Part shown: piece after piece, positions 8,088 to 17,242 of the stretch | Numbering within the stretch: position 1 is the first letter of the stretch | How the letters are laid out: every line of letters starts with the position of its first letter | Source of the DNA: Thermoplasmatota archaeon | GTDB taxonomy: Archaea; Thermoplasmatota; Poseidoniia; Poseidoniales; Poseidoniaceae | DNA length: 60,641 bases | Reading direction: 5' to 3' | Assembly: GCA_036019775.1 (NCBI GenBank) | Contig: JAYXXD010000002.1 | Location: 1 to 60,641, forward strand | The notes under the pieces: generated by a model | What the model was told of the DNA's origin: nothing | Database searches by the model: none | What the model saw: the letters and a program-made list of their open reading frames with translations, nothing else | Made by a program: the position numbers and the translations under genes

Positions 8088-9203
8088 ATGGGCGGAGGAG
8101 AATTGATTCGAACTGCACTCTTTGATGAGCATGTCAAACTTAATGGAAACATTGTCGACTTTCATGGGTTTGAATTACCGATTTGGTATTCCAACATTAA
8201 GGCAGAACACATTGCAACCAGGACGTCCTCAGGCCTCTTCGACGTATCACATATGGGTACATTCCGTTTCTCTGGAGAAAATGTTCGCCAATGGCTTGAA
8301 GGGGTTGCTACACAAAAGGTAGCATCAATTCCCGTAGGACGATGCGCCTACACACACTTCCTTGACCACGATGGATTCATCATCGATGATATGATTTTTG
8401 CAGTTGTCTCCGAAACGGAAATACTTGGTGTTCCGAACGCTTCAATGATCGATGTGATGTGGGATTGGTTTCAAGCGTGTTCGCCTGAAGCTTCGGGCGT
8501 TTCAATTGAGAATTTATCTCCAGGAACATCGATTATCGCCCTTCAAGGCCCGAAGAGCAAACAGCATCTCGATGCAGCCTTTGGTGAAGGACAACACGTT
8601 GGACGATTCAGGTGGGCCACATTATCAGAGAATCAACTCGGAGTCGATGGTTGGATTCAAGGGACAGGATATACAGGTGAAGCAGGATACGAAATTTTTC
8701 TTCCAAACGATCAAGTTGCAACCGCATGGTCGGCTTTGATTGAGGCCGGTGCTACACCGGTCGGATTGGGTGCGCGTGATACACTCCGTCTCGAAAAGGG
8801 CTACCTCCTTTCCGGAGTTGATTTCCTTTGGCCAGGCCTTGATGATGGGTCACACGCATACCTCGCTCGTGATTCTTGGGAGACGAATGTACCATTTGGT
8901 CTCGATACTGAACATGAGTTCATTGGGCGCCATCGCGTGATTTCGCACGCTTCTTCCGAGGAGCGTTGGTGGGGAATCAAATATCTTGAACGAGGTCCAC
9001 TACCTCGGCCTGGAAAAGACGTTTTATCACTCGATGGTGCAAAAATCGGCCAACTTACATCAGGTGCTCCTTCTCCGTCTCTTGGAAATACTGGAATCGG
9101 GATAGGATACATTTCGGGTGTTGAAGAAGGAGATGAAGTCCTCATTGCAGCAAGTCCTCGTTCATCGGTTCGTGCTGTTATTATTCGACCTCCTTTTGTA
9201 TAG
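8088..9203 (+). CDS. gcvT: Glycine cleavage system aminomethyltransferase (T protein)
   Basis: Blocks TALFDEH, FHGFELPIWY, EHIATRTSSGLFDVSHMG, GYTGEAGYEIF, GLGARDTLRLEKGY. The start was trimmed to the ATG at 8088, after the upstream stop at 8071. Confidence 0.9.
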   Translation: MGGGELIRTALFDEHVKLNGNIVDFHGFELPIWYSNIKAEHIATRTSSGLFDVSHMGTFRFSGENVRQWLEGVATQKVASIPVGRCAYTHFLDHDGFIIDDMIFAVVSETEILGVPNASMIDVMWDWFQACSPEASGVSIENLSPGTSIIALQGPKSKQHLDAAFGEGQHVGRFRWATLSENQLGVDGWIQGTGYTGEAGYEIFLPNDQVATAWSALIEAGATPVGLGARDTLRLEKGYLLSGVDFLWPGLDDGSHAYLARDSWETNVPFGLDTEHEFIGRHRVISHASSEERWWGIKYLERGPLPRPGKDVLSLDGAKIGQLTSGAPSPSLGNTGIGIGYISGVEEGDEVLIAASPRSSVRAVIIRPPFV

Positions 9204-9286
9204 ACGGTCTTCGTTTCTTGACGGTTCAATGACGAACATTATGAGCGCTACGCGATTGGTTGATTCTAACTGCGAGGGAGTTCTCA

Positions 9287-10657
9287 ATGGTCGACCAGTT
9301 GCCAAACCTTGGAAGAGAAGAAGAAATGCTCAAAGAAATGGGCTTTGAATCCATCGATGAACTCTTTGCCGATGTGCCAGAATCTGTTCGAATGAACGGT
9401 GATTTACCGTTGCCTGAAGCACAAAGCGAAGAAGAGCTATTGGCAGATGCAAAACGTTTGCTCGGTGCAAACGTTGCTCTCGGTCAACAACCATCTTTCC
9501 TTGGAGCAGGACTGTATCGGAATTTTGTTCCCTCCAGTGTTTTCCAACTTATCACTCGAGGCGAATTTTTAACATCATACACACCCTACCAACCAGAAGT
9601 TTCCCAAGGTATGCTTCAAGCGATGTGGGAATTCCAATCCCTTATTTCCGAATTAATTGGTATGCCGATTACCAATCTTTCGCTGTATGATGGCTCGACG
9701 GCTGCTGCAGAGGCGATAACGTGTGCAGTTCGAGTACACAATCGTAAAGCTGAACAAAAAGACACTGTATACATCTCGGAACTAACACCTCCCGATCGTG
9801 TGTCTGTGATTCACAATTACTGCCAAGGTGCCGGTATTGAAATCAAGACGTTACGTCATGATGACAATGGTTGCATCAATCTTGGAGATGTTGAGCGAGC
9901 ACGAGGATCTTGTGCAGTCTATGTTGAACAACCCAATCCAATTGGAATCATCGATGGTGGCTACCCGTCCTTGAAGGAGATTATCGGCGAGAATACTGCG
10001 CTCATCGTCGGTGTCCAACCTGTCTCACTCGGTCTTCTCGAAGCACCAGGTCATTACGGGGCGGACATCGTGGTCGGAGAAGGTCAGCCGTTAGGAAGTC
10101 CAATTACGGGTGGCGGTCCAATTTACGGCATTTTTGGATGTACCAAACCATACCTTCGCTTGATGCCAGGCCGAATTGTCGGTCGAAGCATCGATGTTGA
10201 TGGAAAGGAAGCATATTGTCTCACTCTCTCAACACGAGAACAACACATTCGCCGCCATCGAGCAACGTCCAATATCTGTACCAATGAAACCTTGATTGCT
10301 CTTATGGGTGCTATGCACATGTCCTTGCTTGGCCCTGAAGGATTGCAACACTTGGCTGTTCGAAATATGGCTGCTTTGACCCAATTGAAGCGTCAGTTAT
10401 CGGACTTAGAATCCGTTCAACTTCCATATTCTGACCAATCTCATTTTAATGAATTCGTTGTCGAATTGCCTTCAACAACTTCAGAATGTTTGGCGTATCT
10501 TGAGAATGAAGGCATCATAGGTGGATTTGATGTATCTCACTGGTATCCTGAAAAAACGAACCAAATGCTGCTCACTGTGACCGACCAGACCAGCCAAAAC
10601 GACATCGATCGATTGATTCAATCACTTACGAACTGGGCAAAGGAGGTGAATGCTTGA
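9287..10657 (+). CDS. gcvPA: Glycine dehydrogenase (decarboxylating) subunit 1 (P protein, alpha part)
   Basis: Blocks FLGAGLYRNFVPS, TSYTPYQPEVSQGMLQAMWEFQ, TREQHIRRHRATSNICTN. ATG at 9287 is preceded by GAGGGAG. The track start at 9260 is a TTG. Confidence 0.9.
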   Translation: MVDQLPNLGREEEMLKEMGFESIDELFADVPESVRMNGDLPLPEAQSEEELLADAKRLLGANVALGQQPSFLGAGLYRNFVPSSVFQLITRGEFLTSYTPYQPEVSQGMLQAMWEFQSLISELIGMPITNLSLYDGSTAAAEAITCAVRVHNRKAEQKDTVYISELTPPDRVSVIHNYCQGAGIEIKTLRHDDNGCINLGDVERARGSCAVYVEQPNPIGIIDGGYPSLKEIIGENTALIVGVQPVSLGLLEAPGHYGADIVVGEGQPLGSPITGGGPIYGIFGCTKPYLRLMPGRIVGRSIDVDGKEAYCLTLSTREQHIRRHRATSNICTNETLIALMGAMHMSLLGPEGLQHLAVRNMAALTQLKRQLSDLESVQLPYSDQSHFNEFVVELPSTTSECLAYLENEGIIGGFDVSHWYPEKTNQMLLTVTDQTSQNDIDRLIQSLTNWAKEVNA

Positions 10658-12153
10658 GTCGTTTTTTTTATAAAAAATGTGGTGAAGGAAAGGGATATGC
10701 TCAACCAGCACCACTTCTTCCTGCTTCAGAGTTTGATTTACCAGCAAACATGATCAGAAAGAATCTGCCTCGCTGGCCTCGTCTTTCCGAGCCAGAGATG
10801 GTTCGACATTACACATGGTTATCGAAGAGAAACTTTGGAATCGATACAGGTTTCTATCCGCTTGGATCATGCACGATGAAGCACAACCCGCGTGTCAACG
10901 AAGTCGTTGCACAACTTCCCGGAATTGCCGACATTCATCCACATCAGCCTGAACATCAACTGCAAGGATTGCTTTCGATCTATTACGAAATGCAGGAGAT
11001 GTTAGCTATTTGTGCTGGAATGGATGCAGTGACCTTACAACCTGTAGCTGGTGCCCAAGGAGAATTTACTGCCGTACGGTGCTTCCAAGAATACTTCCGC
11101 CATCGTGGTGAACACCACAGGACCAAAGTCATCGTTCCTGATTCTGCGCACGGAACAAATCCAGCGAGTGCAGCAATGGCTGGTTTTGAAATCATTGAAA
11201 TTCCAAGTCAAGAAGATGGACGAATTGATCTTTCAGCACTTCGTGCTGTTGTCGGCGATGATACTGCGGCCATGATGATTACAAATCCGAATACACTTGG
11301 TCTCTTTGAGCAAGATATCGCAGAAGCATCTGAAATCGTGCACAATGTTGGAGGCTTGATGTATTATGATGGTGCAAACTTCAATGCCATTCTTGGACGA
11401 ACAAGTCCAGGATTGATGGGCTTTGATGCTGTTCATTACAACCTTCACAAGACGTTTAGTCAACCACACGGTGGTGGAGGCCCGGGATCAGGACCAATCG
11501 GTGTAAAAGAACATCTCGCACCATTTTTGCCGTCTCCGATTGTAACTCGTCGCAATCCAACTGAATCAGAACATGAGCAGGCTGTTGACGAATACTGGTA
11601 CACATGGCATGTTCCTGAACATACGATTGGAAAAGTTCAGCAATGGCATGGTAACGCAGGAGCTGTTTTGCGATGTTGGGCTTATTACCGCCGCTACGGT
11701 AAAGAATTACGAACAATGTCTGAACATGCTGTCCTTAATGCAAATTATTTGCGTCATGCGATTCATCGTGAGGCGAAAGCTGCAGGCGTTGATCATCTCT
11801 TTGTGGATGGTGCCGATACTGTTGTTGCTAAACACGAATTTACCTTATCACTTGGCCCAGCTAAGGAGTCGCTCGGGATTTCAGCGATGGATGTTGCAAA
11901 AGGTCTTCTTGACATGGGCTACATGGCCCCTACAGTCTACTTCCCATTGGTCGTTCCTGAATGCATGATGATCGAACCGACTGAAACAGAATCCAAAGAT
12001 ACTCTTGATACCTTTGCAAAAGATTTCTGTAAAGTCTTGCAACTCGATGCTGAAACTCTTCACAACGCTCCGATTACAACACCTGTCCGACGTGTTGATG
12101 AGGTCTATGCTGCTCGAAATTTGTGCTTGCGTCATCCATTCGATGATGAATGA
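10654..12153 (+). CDS. gcvPB: Glycine dehydrogenase (decarboxylating) subunit 2 (P protein, beta part)
   Basis: Blocks LSEPEMVRHYTWLSKRNFGIDTGFYPLGSCTMKHNPR and the PLP-lysine block NLHKTFSQPHGGGGPG. TTG start at 10654 lies 7 nt after AGGAGG and overlaps the gcvPA stop (TTGA). Confidence 0.9.
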   Translation: MSRFFYKKCGEGKGYAQPAPLLPASEFDLPANMIRKNLPRWPRLSEPEMVRHYTWLSKRNFGIDTGFYPLGSCTMKHNPRVNEVVAQLPGIADIHPHQPEHQLQGLLSIYYEMQEMLAICAGMDAVTLQPVAGAQGEFTAVRCFQEYFRHRGEHHRTKVIVPDSAHGTNPASAAMAGFEIIEIPSQEDGRIDLSALRAVVGDDTAAMMITNPNTLGLFEQDIAEASEIVHNVGGLMYYDGANFNAILGRTSPGLMGFDAVHYNLHKTFSQPHGGGGPGSGPIGVKEHLAPFLPSPIVTRRNPTESEHEQAVDEYWYTWHVPEHTIGKVQQWHGNAGAVLRCWAYYRRYGKELRTMSEHAVLNANYLRHAIHREAKAAGVDHLFVDGADTVVAKHEFTLSLGPAKESLGISAMDVAKGLLDMGYMAPTVYFPLVVPECMMIEPTETESKDTLDTFAKDFCKVLQLDAETLHNAPITTPVRRVDEVYAARNLCLRHPFDDE

Positions 12154-12563
12154 GAACGAAGTGTGCTCGGTTCTTGTGTAAATTGGAGCAATTCCCAAGT
12201 GAGTTGTGATGAATATACAATCAATGCCAATCCAAGCAAGACCAATTCAATCGCAAGCATCCACCAAGATGCAACGAAAGCAGTTGCAACAAGTATCGAA
12301 GAGAGCATCAACAGGCCGACGACTGTGATGCTTGGGCGGAAACGTACCAGCAACTCATCACCAATTTCATTGTACGTCAAAATTACGAATTGAAGCATTC
12401 CTCGATAGACCTGAATCTCCTGTCCTTTGTGCACAAGATGCAGGTCTCGATGTTGATTCAGGCGGGCAAGGAACGCCTCTGAATCGCATCGATATATCTG
12501 TTCCATTAAGCGATGTATATTCGTTCTTGATTTAATTTCATCGCCGATATCCAACAGACACAA
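12132..12563 (-). CDS. Hypothetical membrane protein
   Basis: 143-aa ORF with two C-terminal TM helices (VVGLLMLSSILVATAFVASWWMLAIELVLLGLALIVY). No recognisable motif. Its 3' end overlaps the gcvPB 3' end by 22 nt (convergent). Confidence 0.4.
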   Translation of the reverse strand: MCLLDIGDEIKSRTNIHRLMEQIYRCDSEAFLARLNQHRDLHLVHKGQEIQVYRGMLQFVILTYNEIGDELLVRFRPSITVVGLLMLSSILVATAFVASWWMLAIELVLLGLALIVYSSQLTWELLQFTQEPSTLRSHSSSNG

Positions 12564-12587
12564 GAACCCGAATCGTCTGGTCCCAAC

Positions 12588-13202
12588 ATGGTAGGGCTAT
12601 TCGTAGCAGGCTGGTATCCCTCCGAAGAAAAAGCAGTGATGAACATCCCTCTCTTCACACTGGCCGCCTCGCTATTAACAATGGCCTTTCCAATACTGAT
12701 GTTGCTCTCTGGAAAATACACATCATTTGTTCCTTGGTTAACGCTCATCTCGGCCCTGCTCATTGGCATAGCTTTACTTTCAACGTACTCCCAACGTCGG
12801 GTATTGATTCTTCATCGAGGCATACATGTCGGTGTTGTTTATTTTTGTCTCGCCCTCTTTTTTGCATTCATGGATCACTATTCACCATATCTTGGGTTGT
12901 TGTTTTGTTTCCTCTTATTCATCGTCACGTTTAGGGTTGCAAACAAAACTTCAGCTGGTTACGGCGTTCAGTTTCGTCGAGAATGGGATACAAATCGTCT
13001 TCTCAAACTTGAATCAAAGCGTCTTAGCCATTGGAACATTGTTAATGCAAAAGCAAGCAATGGGCTCATGGCTGTATCGAGAACAAAACAGCAACTCGCT
13101 GTATTGTATTGTACCTTTGATGAGGAAGGTTGTTGGCTCCATCTCGATGTCTTCTCACAGCAGATTTTCAACCTTGATGGATTTTTGATTGAAGATGCGT
13201 GA
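12588..13202 (+). CDS. Hypothetical polytopic membrane protein
   Basis: 204-aa ORF with about 4 hydrophobic helices and a soluble C-terminal tail. No recognisable motif. The start could be the internal Met at MNIPLF. Confidence 0.45.
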   Translation: MVGLFVAGWYPSEEKAVMNIPLFTLAASLLTMAFPILMLLSGKYTSFVPWLTLISALLIGIALLSTYSQRRVLILHRGIHVGVVYFCLALFFAFMDHYSPYLGLLFCFLLFIVTFRVANKTSAGYGVQFRREWDTNRLLKLESKRLSHWNIVNAKASNGLMAVSRTKQQLAVLYCTFDEEGCWLHLDVFSQQIFNLDGFLIEDA

Positions 13203-13241
13203 AGGGTCATCTAAAAGAACTACCCGCGTTGCGGTTTAGTC

Positions 13242-13721
13242 ATGGATGTTTCTATCTTACTTGGCTCGAAGTCTGACATGCCGATTGCAGAAAAGTGCAC
13301 GAAGGTGCTTGACAAATTCGGTGTAAATTATCAATTGCGTGTTGCTTCAGCACATCGCTCACCAAAATTTGTTGAGGACATTATTCACAAGGCGGAAGAA
13401 GATGGATGCAAGGTATTCATTGCAATGGCTGGACTTGCCGCTGCATTGCCCGGTGCTGTAGCAGCCTTGACCACGAAGCCAGTTATTGGAGTTCCTTGTG
13501 GAGGTCGAGTACCATACGATTCTCTTCTTTCAATTGTTCAACTTCCGCCTGGTGTTCCAGCAGCAACGGTCGGTGTTGATCGAGGAGACAACGCAGGTCA
13601 CCTTGCAGTCCAAATGCTTGCACTTGTCAACGATGAAATGGCACAACGCCTCGTTCAAGACAAACTCGACCAAGTTGAGCGCGTGCTCCAAATGGATCGA
13701 GAAGTCAACGGCAGGGCTTGA
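13242..13721 (+). CDS. purE: N5-carboxyaminoimidazole ribonucleotide mutase
   Basis: 159 aa. Blocks ILLGSKSDMPIAEK, VASAHRSP, AGLAAALPGAVAALT, PVIGVP. Confidence 0.9.
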   Translation: MDVSILLGSKSDMPIAEKCTKVLDKFGVNYQLRVASAHRSPKFVEDIIHKAEEDGCKVFIAMAGLAAALPGAVAALTTKPVIGVPCGGRVPYDSLLSIVQLPPGVPAATVGVDRGDNAGHLAVQMLALVNDEMAQRLVQDKLDQVERVLQMDREVNGRA

Positions 13722-13722
13722 G

Positions 13723-14670
13723 ATGTTCGATGCGCCTGAATTTATCGAAGAATCGATTCAGCAACTAAAGTCAACCATTGACGACGTTGCAATCATTGCG
13801 TGTTCAGGTGGTGTTGATTCAACTGTAGCAGCTGTTATTGCAAACAAAGCCGTTGGCAATCTCTTGCATTGTGTCTATGTTGATACTGGATTTATGCGAA
13901 AGAATGAGACCGAAGAAATAGAGGCTATGCTCGCTGAGCAAGGCATCAATCTCATTACAGTAAAGGCAGCCGATCGTTACTTCGAAGCACTTCAAGGTGT
14001 CACTGAACCTGAGCAAAAGCGCAAAGTCATAGGTGAATTATTCATCCGTATTTTTGAGGATGAGCAGAAGAAATGTGGAGCAAAGTATCTTGTTCAAGGC
14101 ACCATCGCTCCTGACTGGATAGAATCTGGTGGCGGTGTTCGTGACACAATCAAATCTCACCACAATGTTGGAGGTTTGCCAGAAGATATGACGCTTGAAG
14201 TCGTTGAGCCTCTTCGTGAATTGTACAAGGATGAAGTTCGAGAACTTGCTCGAGAACTTGACATTATTGTTGCCGAACGACAACCATTCCCTGGTCCAGG
14301 TCTAGCAGTTCGAACACTTGGTGAACTGACGCCTGAACGTGTTGAAGTAGTTCGTGAAGCATGTGCAATCGTCGAAGAAGAATTTGAAGCGGGAGCAGCA
14401 GCAGGTGAGATGGAATTGCCCTGGCAGTATTTTGCAGCACTCTTGCCCGTTCGCTCAGTTGGTGTCCATGGTGACGTTCGAGCCTATGGAGAAACAATTG
14501 TGGTCCGTGCAGTACGAAGTATGGACGGAATGTCAGCAAGATATTCGGAGATACCACATCACATTTTACAAAAGATCAGTACACGAATCACCAACACGGT
14601 CAAAGGTGCAGTCAATCGAGTTGTCTACGATATTACCCACAAACCACCAGGTACAATCGAGTGGGAATAG
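13723..14670 (+). CDS. guaA: GMP synthase subunit B (ATP pyrophosphatase domain only, archaeal split form)
   Basis: PP-loop ACSGGVDSTVAA, then QGTIAPDWIES, HHNVGGLPE, and a C-terminal dimerisation block ending KPPGTIEWE. The start was trimmed to the ATG at 13723, one nt after the purE stop. The upstream part of track ORF 13486.. overlaps purE out of frame. Confidence 0.9.
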   Translation: MFDAPEFIEESIQQLKSTIDDVAIIACSGGVDSTVAAVIANKAVGNLLHCVYVDTGFMRKNETEEIEAMLAEQGINLITVKAADRYFEALQGVTEPEQKRKVIGELFIRIFEDEQKKCGAKYLVQGTIAPDWIESGGGVRDTIKSHHNVGGLPEDMTLEVVEPLRELYKDEVRELARELDIIVAERQPFPGPGLAVRTLGELTPERVEVVREACAIVEEEFEAGAAAGEMELPWQYFAALLPVRSVGVHGDVRAYGETIVVRAVRSMDGMSARYSEIPHHILQKISTRITNTVKGAVNRVVYDITHKPPGTIEWE

Positions 14671-14674
14671 TTTG

Positions 14675-14824
14675 CTACTTTTCGGCTTCTTCCTCGAGCA
14701 TTTGCCGAGCAAGTTTGATTTTTTGACCACGTTTGAAAAACGTGTACCAATGCCAAAAGCGGGCTGCAACAGCAAGTGGAAGAAAGAAACAGAACAGGAC
14801 GCCGAGAACAGTTTCGGATATCAT
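14675..14824 (-). CDS. Possible small (49-aa) single-TM protein, below the ORF-track size cutoff
   Basis: Hand translation gives MISETVLGVLFCFFLPLAVAARFWHWYTFFKRGQKIKLARQMLEEEAEK. This is a hydrophobic helix followed by a basic then acidic tail. It sits between guaA and tRNA-Asn. Confidence 0.3.
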   Translation of the reverse strand: MISETVLGVLFCFFLPLAVAARFWHWYTFFKRGQKIKLARQMLEEEAEK

Positions 14825-14856
14825 GCATTCACCTGATTACGTTTGGAGTTGAAATA

Positions 14857-14929
14857 CGCCGATTGTGGGGCTCGAACCCACGACCTTGGGATTAACAGTC
14901 CCACGCTCCACCAGCTAAGCTAAATCGGC
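14857..14929 (-). tRNA. tRNA-Asn (anticodon GTT), no encoded CCA
   Basis: The reverse complement folds as a cloverleaf: acceptor GCCGATT/AATCGGC, anticodon stem-loop TGGGA-CTGTTAA-TCCCA, T-arm GTGGG-TTCGAGC-CCCAC, discriminator G. Confidence 0.9.
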
Positions 14930-14972
14930 GAGTTTGGCCACTAACATCTCCTTTATGATGGCTTCCATCGAT

Positions 14973-16253
14973 TCAAGTCGTTGAGCATTCGCGAATTGTT
15001 ATACTTTCAAGAATCCTTGAAGCAACACCGACTTTATAATCTGAGATTGTAATTGCATCTTTCAATCGCTGAAGAAGATGAATGTTGAGTCCAAACGGTC
15101 CATCAAGCGTTAAGATTGCATCCCCCTCCTCAACCTTTGAACCAATATGGTGGTGAATCTCAATACCGATTCCATGATCAATTTCTTCGTCTTGCATCGA
15201 TCGACCAGCACCTGCTTCACAAAGCACCTGACCTATTGCGAGTGCATCCATATCAGCAACATAGCCTGATTGTTCAGATTGTATTGCGTATTGTTGAGGT
15301 GCACGTTCGAGTACACTCCATGGCTCATCAATGAGTTGTTGAGCAATCAAAGCATCAACCCCTTGACGTTCAAGCATCGATTTGAATTCATTCAATGCAG
15401 AGCCATTTGCAATCACTTCTGAAATGTCAAAACCCAATGCACTTGCTTGAGCATGAACAAGTTCCATGGTGTCAGCAGGCCCCTTTCCTTTGAGACAATC
15501 AATCGATTCAGCAATTTCATGACTATTTCCGAGCATGTTGCCGATTGGATGATCCATTTGTGTGAGCTGAGATGTGACATCGATTCCAAGTTCAGTACCA
15601 ACTCTGACCATTGACTGTGCGAGTTTACGTGCATCTTCTGAATGTTGCATGAAAGCGGCTCGGCCGTACTTGACATCCAGCACAAGTGCTTGAATTCCTT
15701 CAGCAGCTTTCTTTGAAAGAATTGATGCAGTAATCAATCCAATACACGGAACCGTGGCTGTAACATCACGAATCGCATAAAGAATCGAATCTGTTGGAGC
15801 AATTTCGTCGGTTTGACGAGAAATAAAACACGGATTGTTTTCCATCTCTTGAATGGTCAATCCAGTGTTGAACCCACGAATCGCCTCAAGTTTGTCAATC
15901 GTTCCACCAGTATGTGCTAGACCTCTTCCAGCCAACATCGGAACGATTGCTCCACAAGCACGTAGTGCTGGTGCAAGAATGAGGCTCATCTTATCACCAA
16001 CTCCTCCCGTTGAATGTTTGTCGATGGCTCCTTCCCGATGCGGTAGACGCTTTCCTTGTTCGAGCATAGCTTTGGTAAGGTAGGTCGTTTCTTCAGCATT
16101 CAAGCCATTGATTTGACACGCCATCAAAAAAGCACCAATTTGTTCATTTGGAATTTCGTGCAAATTCTGTATAAACCACTCAATCTCATTCTTTTCAAGA
16201 ATCAACCCATCACGTTTCTTTGCAAGTAGGCTTGGAATGTGCATGAGCATCAA
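14973..16253 (-). CDS. deoA: Thymidine/pyrimidine-nucleoside phosphorylase
   Basis: 426 aa, near-collinear by eye with E. coli DeoA. Blocks KKRDG, DKHSTGGVGDK, GRGLAHTGGTIDKLE, YAIRDVTATV, LITASILSKKAAEG. Confidence 0.85.
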   Translation of the reverse strand: MMLMHIPSLLAKKRDGLILEKNEIEWFIQNLHEIPNEQIGAFLMACQINGLNAEETTYLTKAMLEQGKRLPHREGAIDKHSTGGVGDKMSLILAPALRACGAIVPMLAGRGLAHTGGTIDKLEAIRGFNTGLTIQEMENNPCFISRQTDEIAPTDSILYAIRDVTATVPCIGLITASILSKKAAEGIQALVLDVKYGRAAFMQHSEDARKLAQSMVRVGTELGIDVTSQLTQMDHPIGNMLGNSHEIAESIDCLKGKGPADTMELVHAQASALGFDISEVIANGSALNEFKSMLERQGVDALIAQQLIDEPWSVLERAPQQYAIQSEQSGYVADMDALAIGQVLCEAGAGRSMQDEEIDHGIGIEIHHHIGSKVEEGDAILTLDGPFGLNIHLLQRLKDAITISDYKVGVASRILESITIRECSTT

Positions 16254-17242
16254 CTCTCATCAGCTGATGCTAGGCCAATTTCCAAGAGGCGTTGGTGCAG
16301 ATACGCTCCTGCAGTAATCGATGGATAATCTGCAACACCACTCGTTTGTTCAATGAACTCTTGTCGAGGCGTTAAATCAATTTCATTTCGAGGATGAACG
16401 AACATCGGCATCGAGAATCGTCGCTGTGTTGGATCTCCTGGATTGACAACTCGATGTGTTGTAGATTTGAACAAACCATTCGTAAGGTTCTGAATCATAT
16501 CTCCGGAATCAACAATAATTTGCTCATGATTTCCTTCAACATCAATCCAAGTTCCATCATGATCCATGACTTGAAGTCCTGCAGCGGTAGCGGTCATGAG
16601 TAATGTGATGAAATTGATATCTTCATGAGCTGCGGAACGAACCGCACCTTCTGGTGTTGAAGAATCCAATGGTGGGTAGTGGATGATACGCATAATGGTG
16701 TTTCCTTTCTCAGCCATTGAAGGAAGCCAATTGGAATCTTTTCCGAGATAGATGCTACAGGCAGAAAGAAGTTGATTTGAAATCGCTTCCATTTGATTGT
16801 AGAGGTTGTCGACCTTTTGCTCGAACTTAGGAATGTGTTCATTTGGCCATATGTTGATTGGATATTTGTTGTCCGTTTCGCTACCTTGCTGACCACGGCC
16901 TGTTTGCCAGAATTCTTTGAGGTCAGGTGCAGGATTGTCTTTCGCATGCTCAACACCAAAAGCCGTGTAACCTCGTTGGTGCGAAATCTCTGGCTTTGCA
17001 TACAATCGCTTCACAGATTCATCAAGCATGAAAAAAGATTCAGCTTCGTGATACGTTTCCTCAATCAAGGAGAGGTCAATGCCGTGATTGGTCAGCGCAA
17101 AGAAACCAATGTCTGCGAGTGAGTCGCCTACTGCCTGAATAAACGATTGAACGCGTTGTTCATCACCGGATAGGAAATCACTGAGATCAGCGATTGGTAA
17201 TGGACGGGTCAACGAATCACCTGGAATCTCGTAGTTTTGCAA
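16250..17242 (-). CDS. 2-oxoglutarate/Fe(II)-dependent oxygenase (isopenicillin-N-synthase-like family)
   Basis: N-terminal DIOX_N-like region (GFFALTNHGI). His-x-Asp...His facial triad context (AAHEDINFITLL ... STTHRVVNP). ATGA overlap with deoA. Confidence 0.8.
   Translation of the reverse strand: MQNYEIPGDSLTRPLPIADLSDFLSGDEQRVQSFIQAVGDSLADIGFFALTNHGIDLSLIEETYHEAESFFMLDESVKRLYAKPEISHQRGYTAFGVEHAKDNPAPDLKEFWQTGRGQQGSETDNKYPINIWPNEHIPKFEQKVDNLYNQMEAISNQLLSACSIYLGKDSNWLPSMAEKGNTIMRIIHYPPLDSSTPEGAVRSAAHEDINFITLLMTATAAGLQVMDHDGTWIDVEGNHEQIIVDSGDMIQNLTNGLFKSTTHRVVNPGDPTQRRFSMPMFVHPRNEIDLTPRQEFIEQTSGVADYPSITAGAYLHQRLLEIGLASADES

Noticed and set aside
10662-10677. T8-A-T-A6 tract (TTTTTTTTATAAAAAA), which looks like an archaeal terminator or TATA element between gcvPA and gcvPB
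   Set aside because: It lies in frame inside the gcvPB N-terminal coding region (SRFFYKKC). The downstream residues (GEGKGYAQPAP...LPRWPRLSEPEMVRHY) match the conserved GcvPB N-terminus, so it is most likely coding. An internal promoter role cannot be excluded.
13486-13722. 5' extension of the GMP synthase ORF (track ORF 13486..14670), which overlaps purE
   Set aside because: The extension is out of frame with the well-supported purE and is compositionally odd (MEFLVEVEYHTILFFQ...). The conserved GuaA-B N-terminus begins at the ATG at 13723, directly after the purE stop.
14354-14836. 160-aa plus-strand ORF overlapping the guaA 3' end and running towards the tRNA
   Set aside because: It is out of frame with the well-supported guaA over most of its length. 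The remainder is better explained by the small minus-strand TM ORF or by non-coding spacer.
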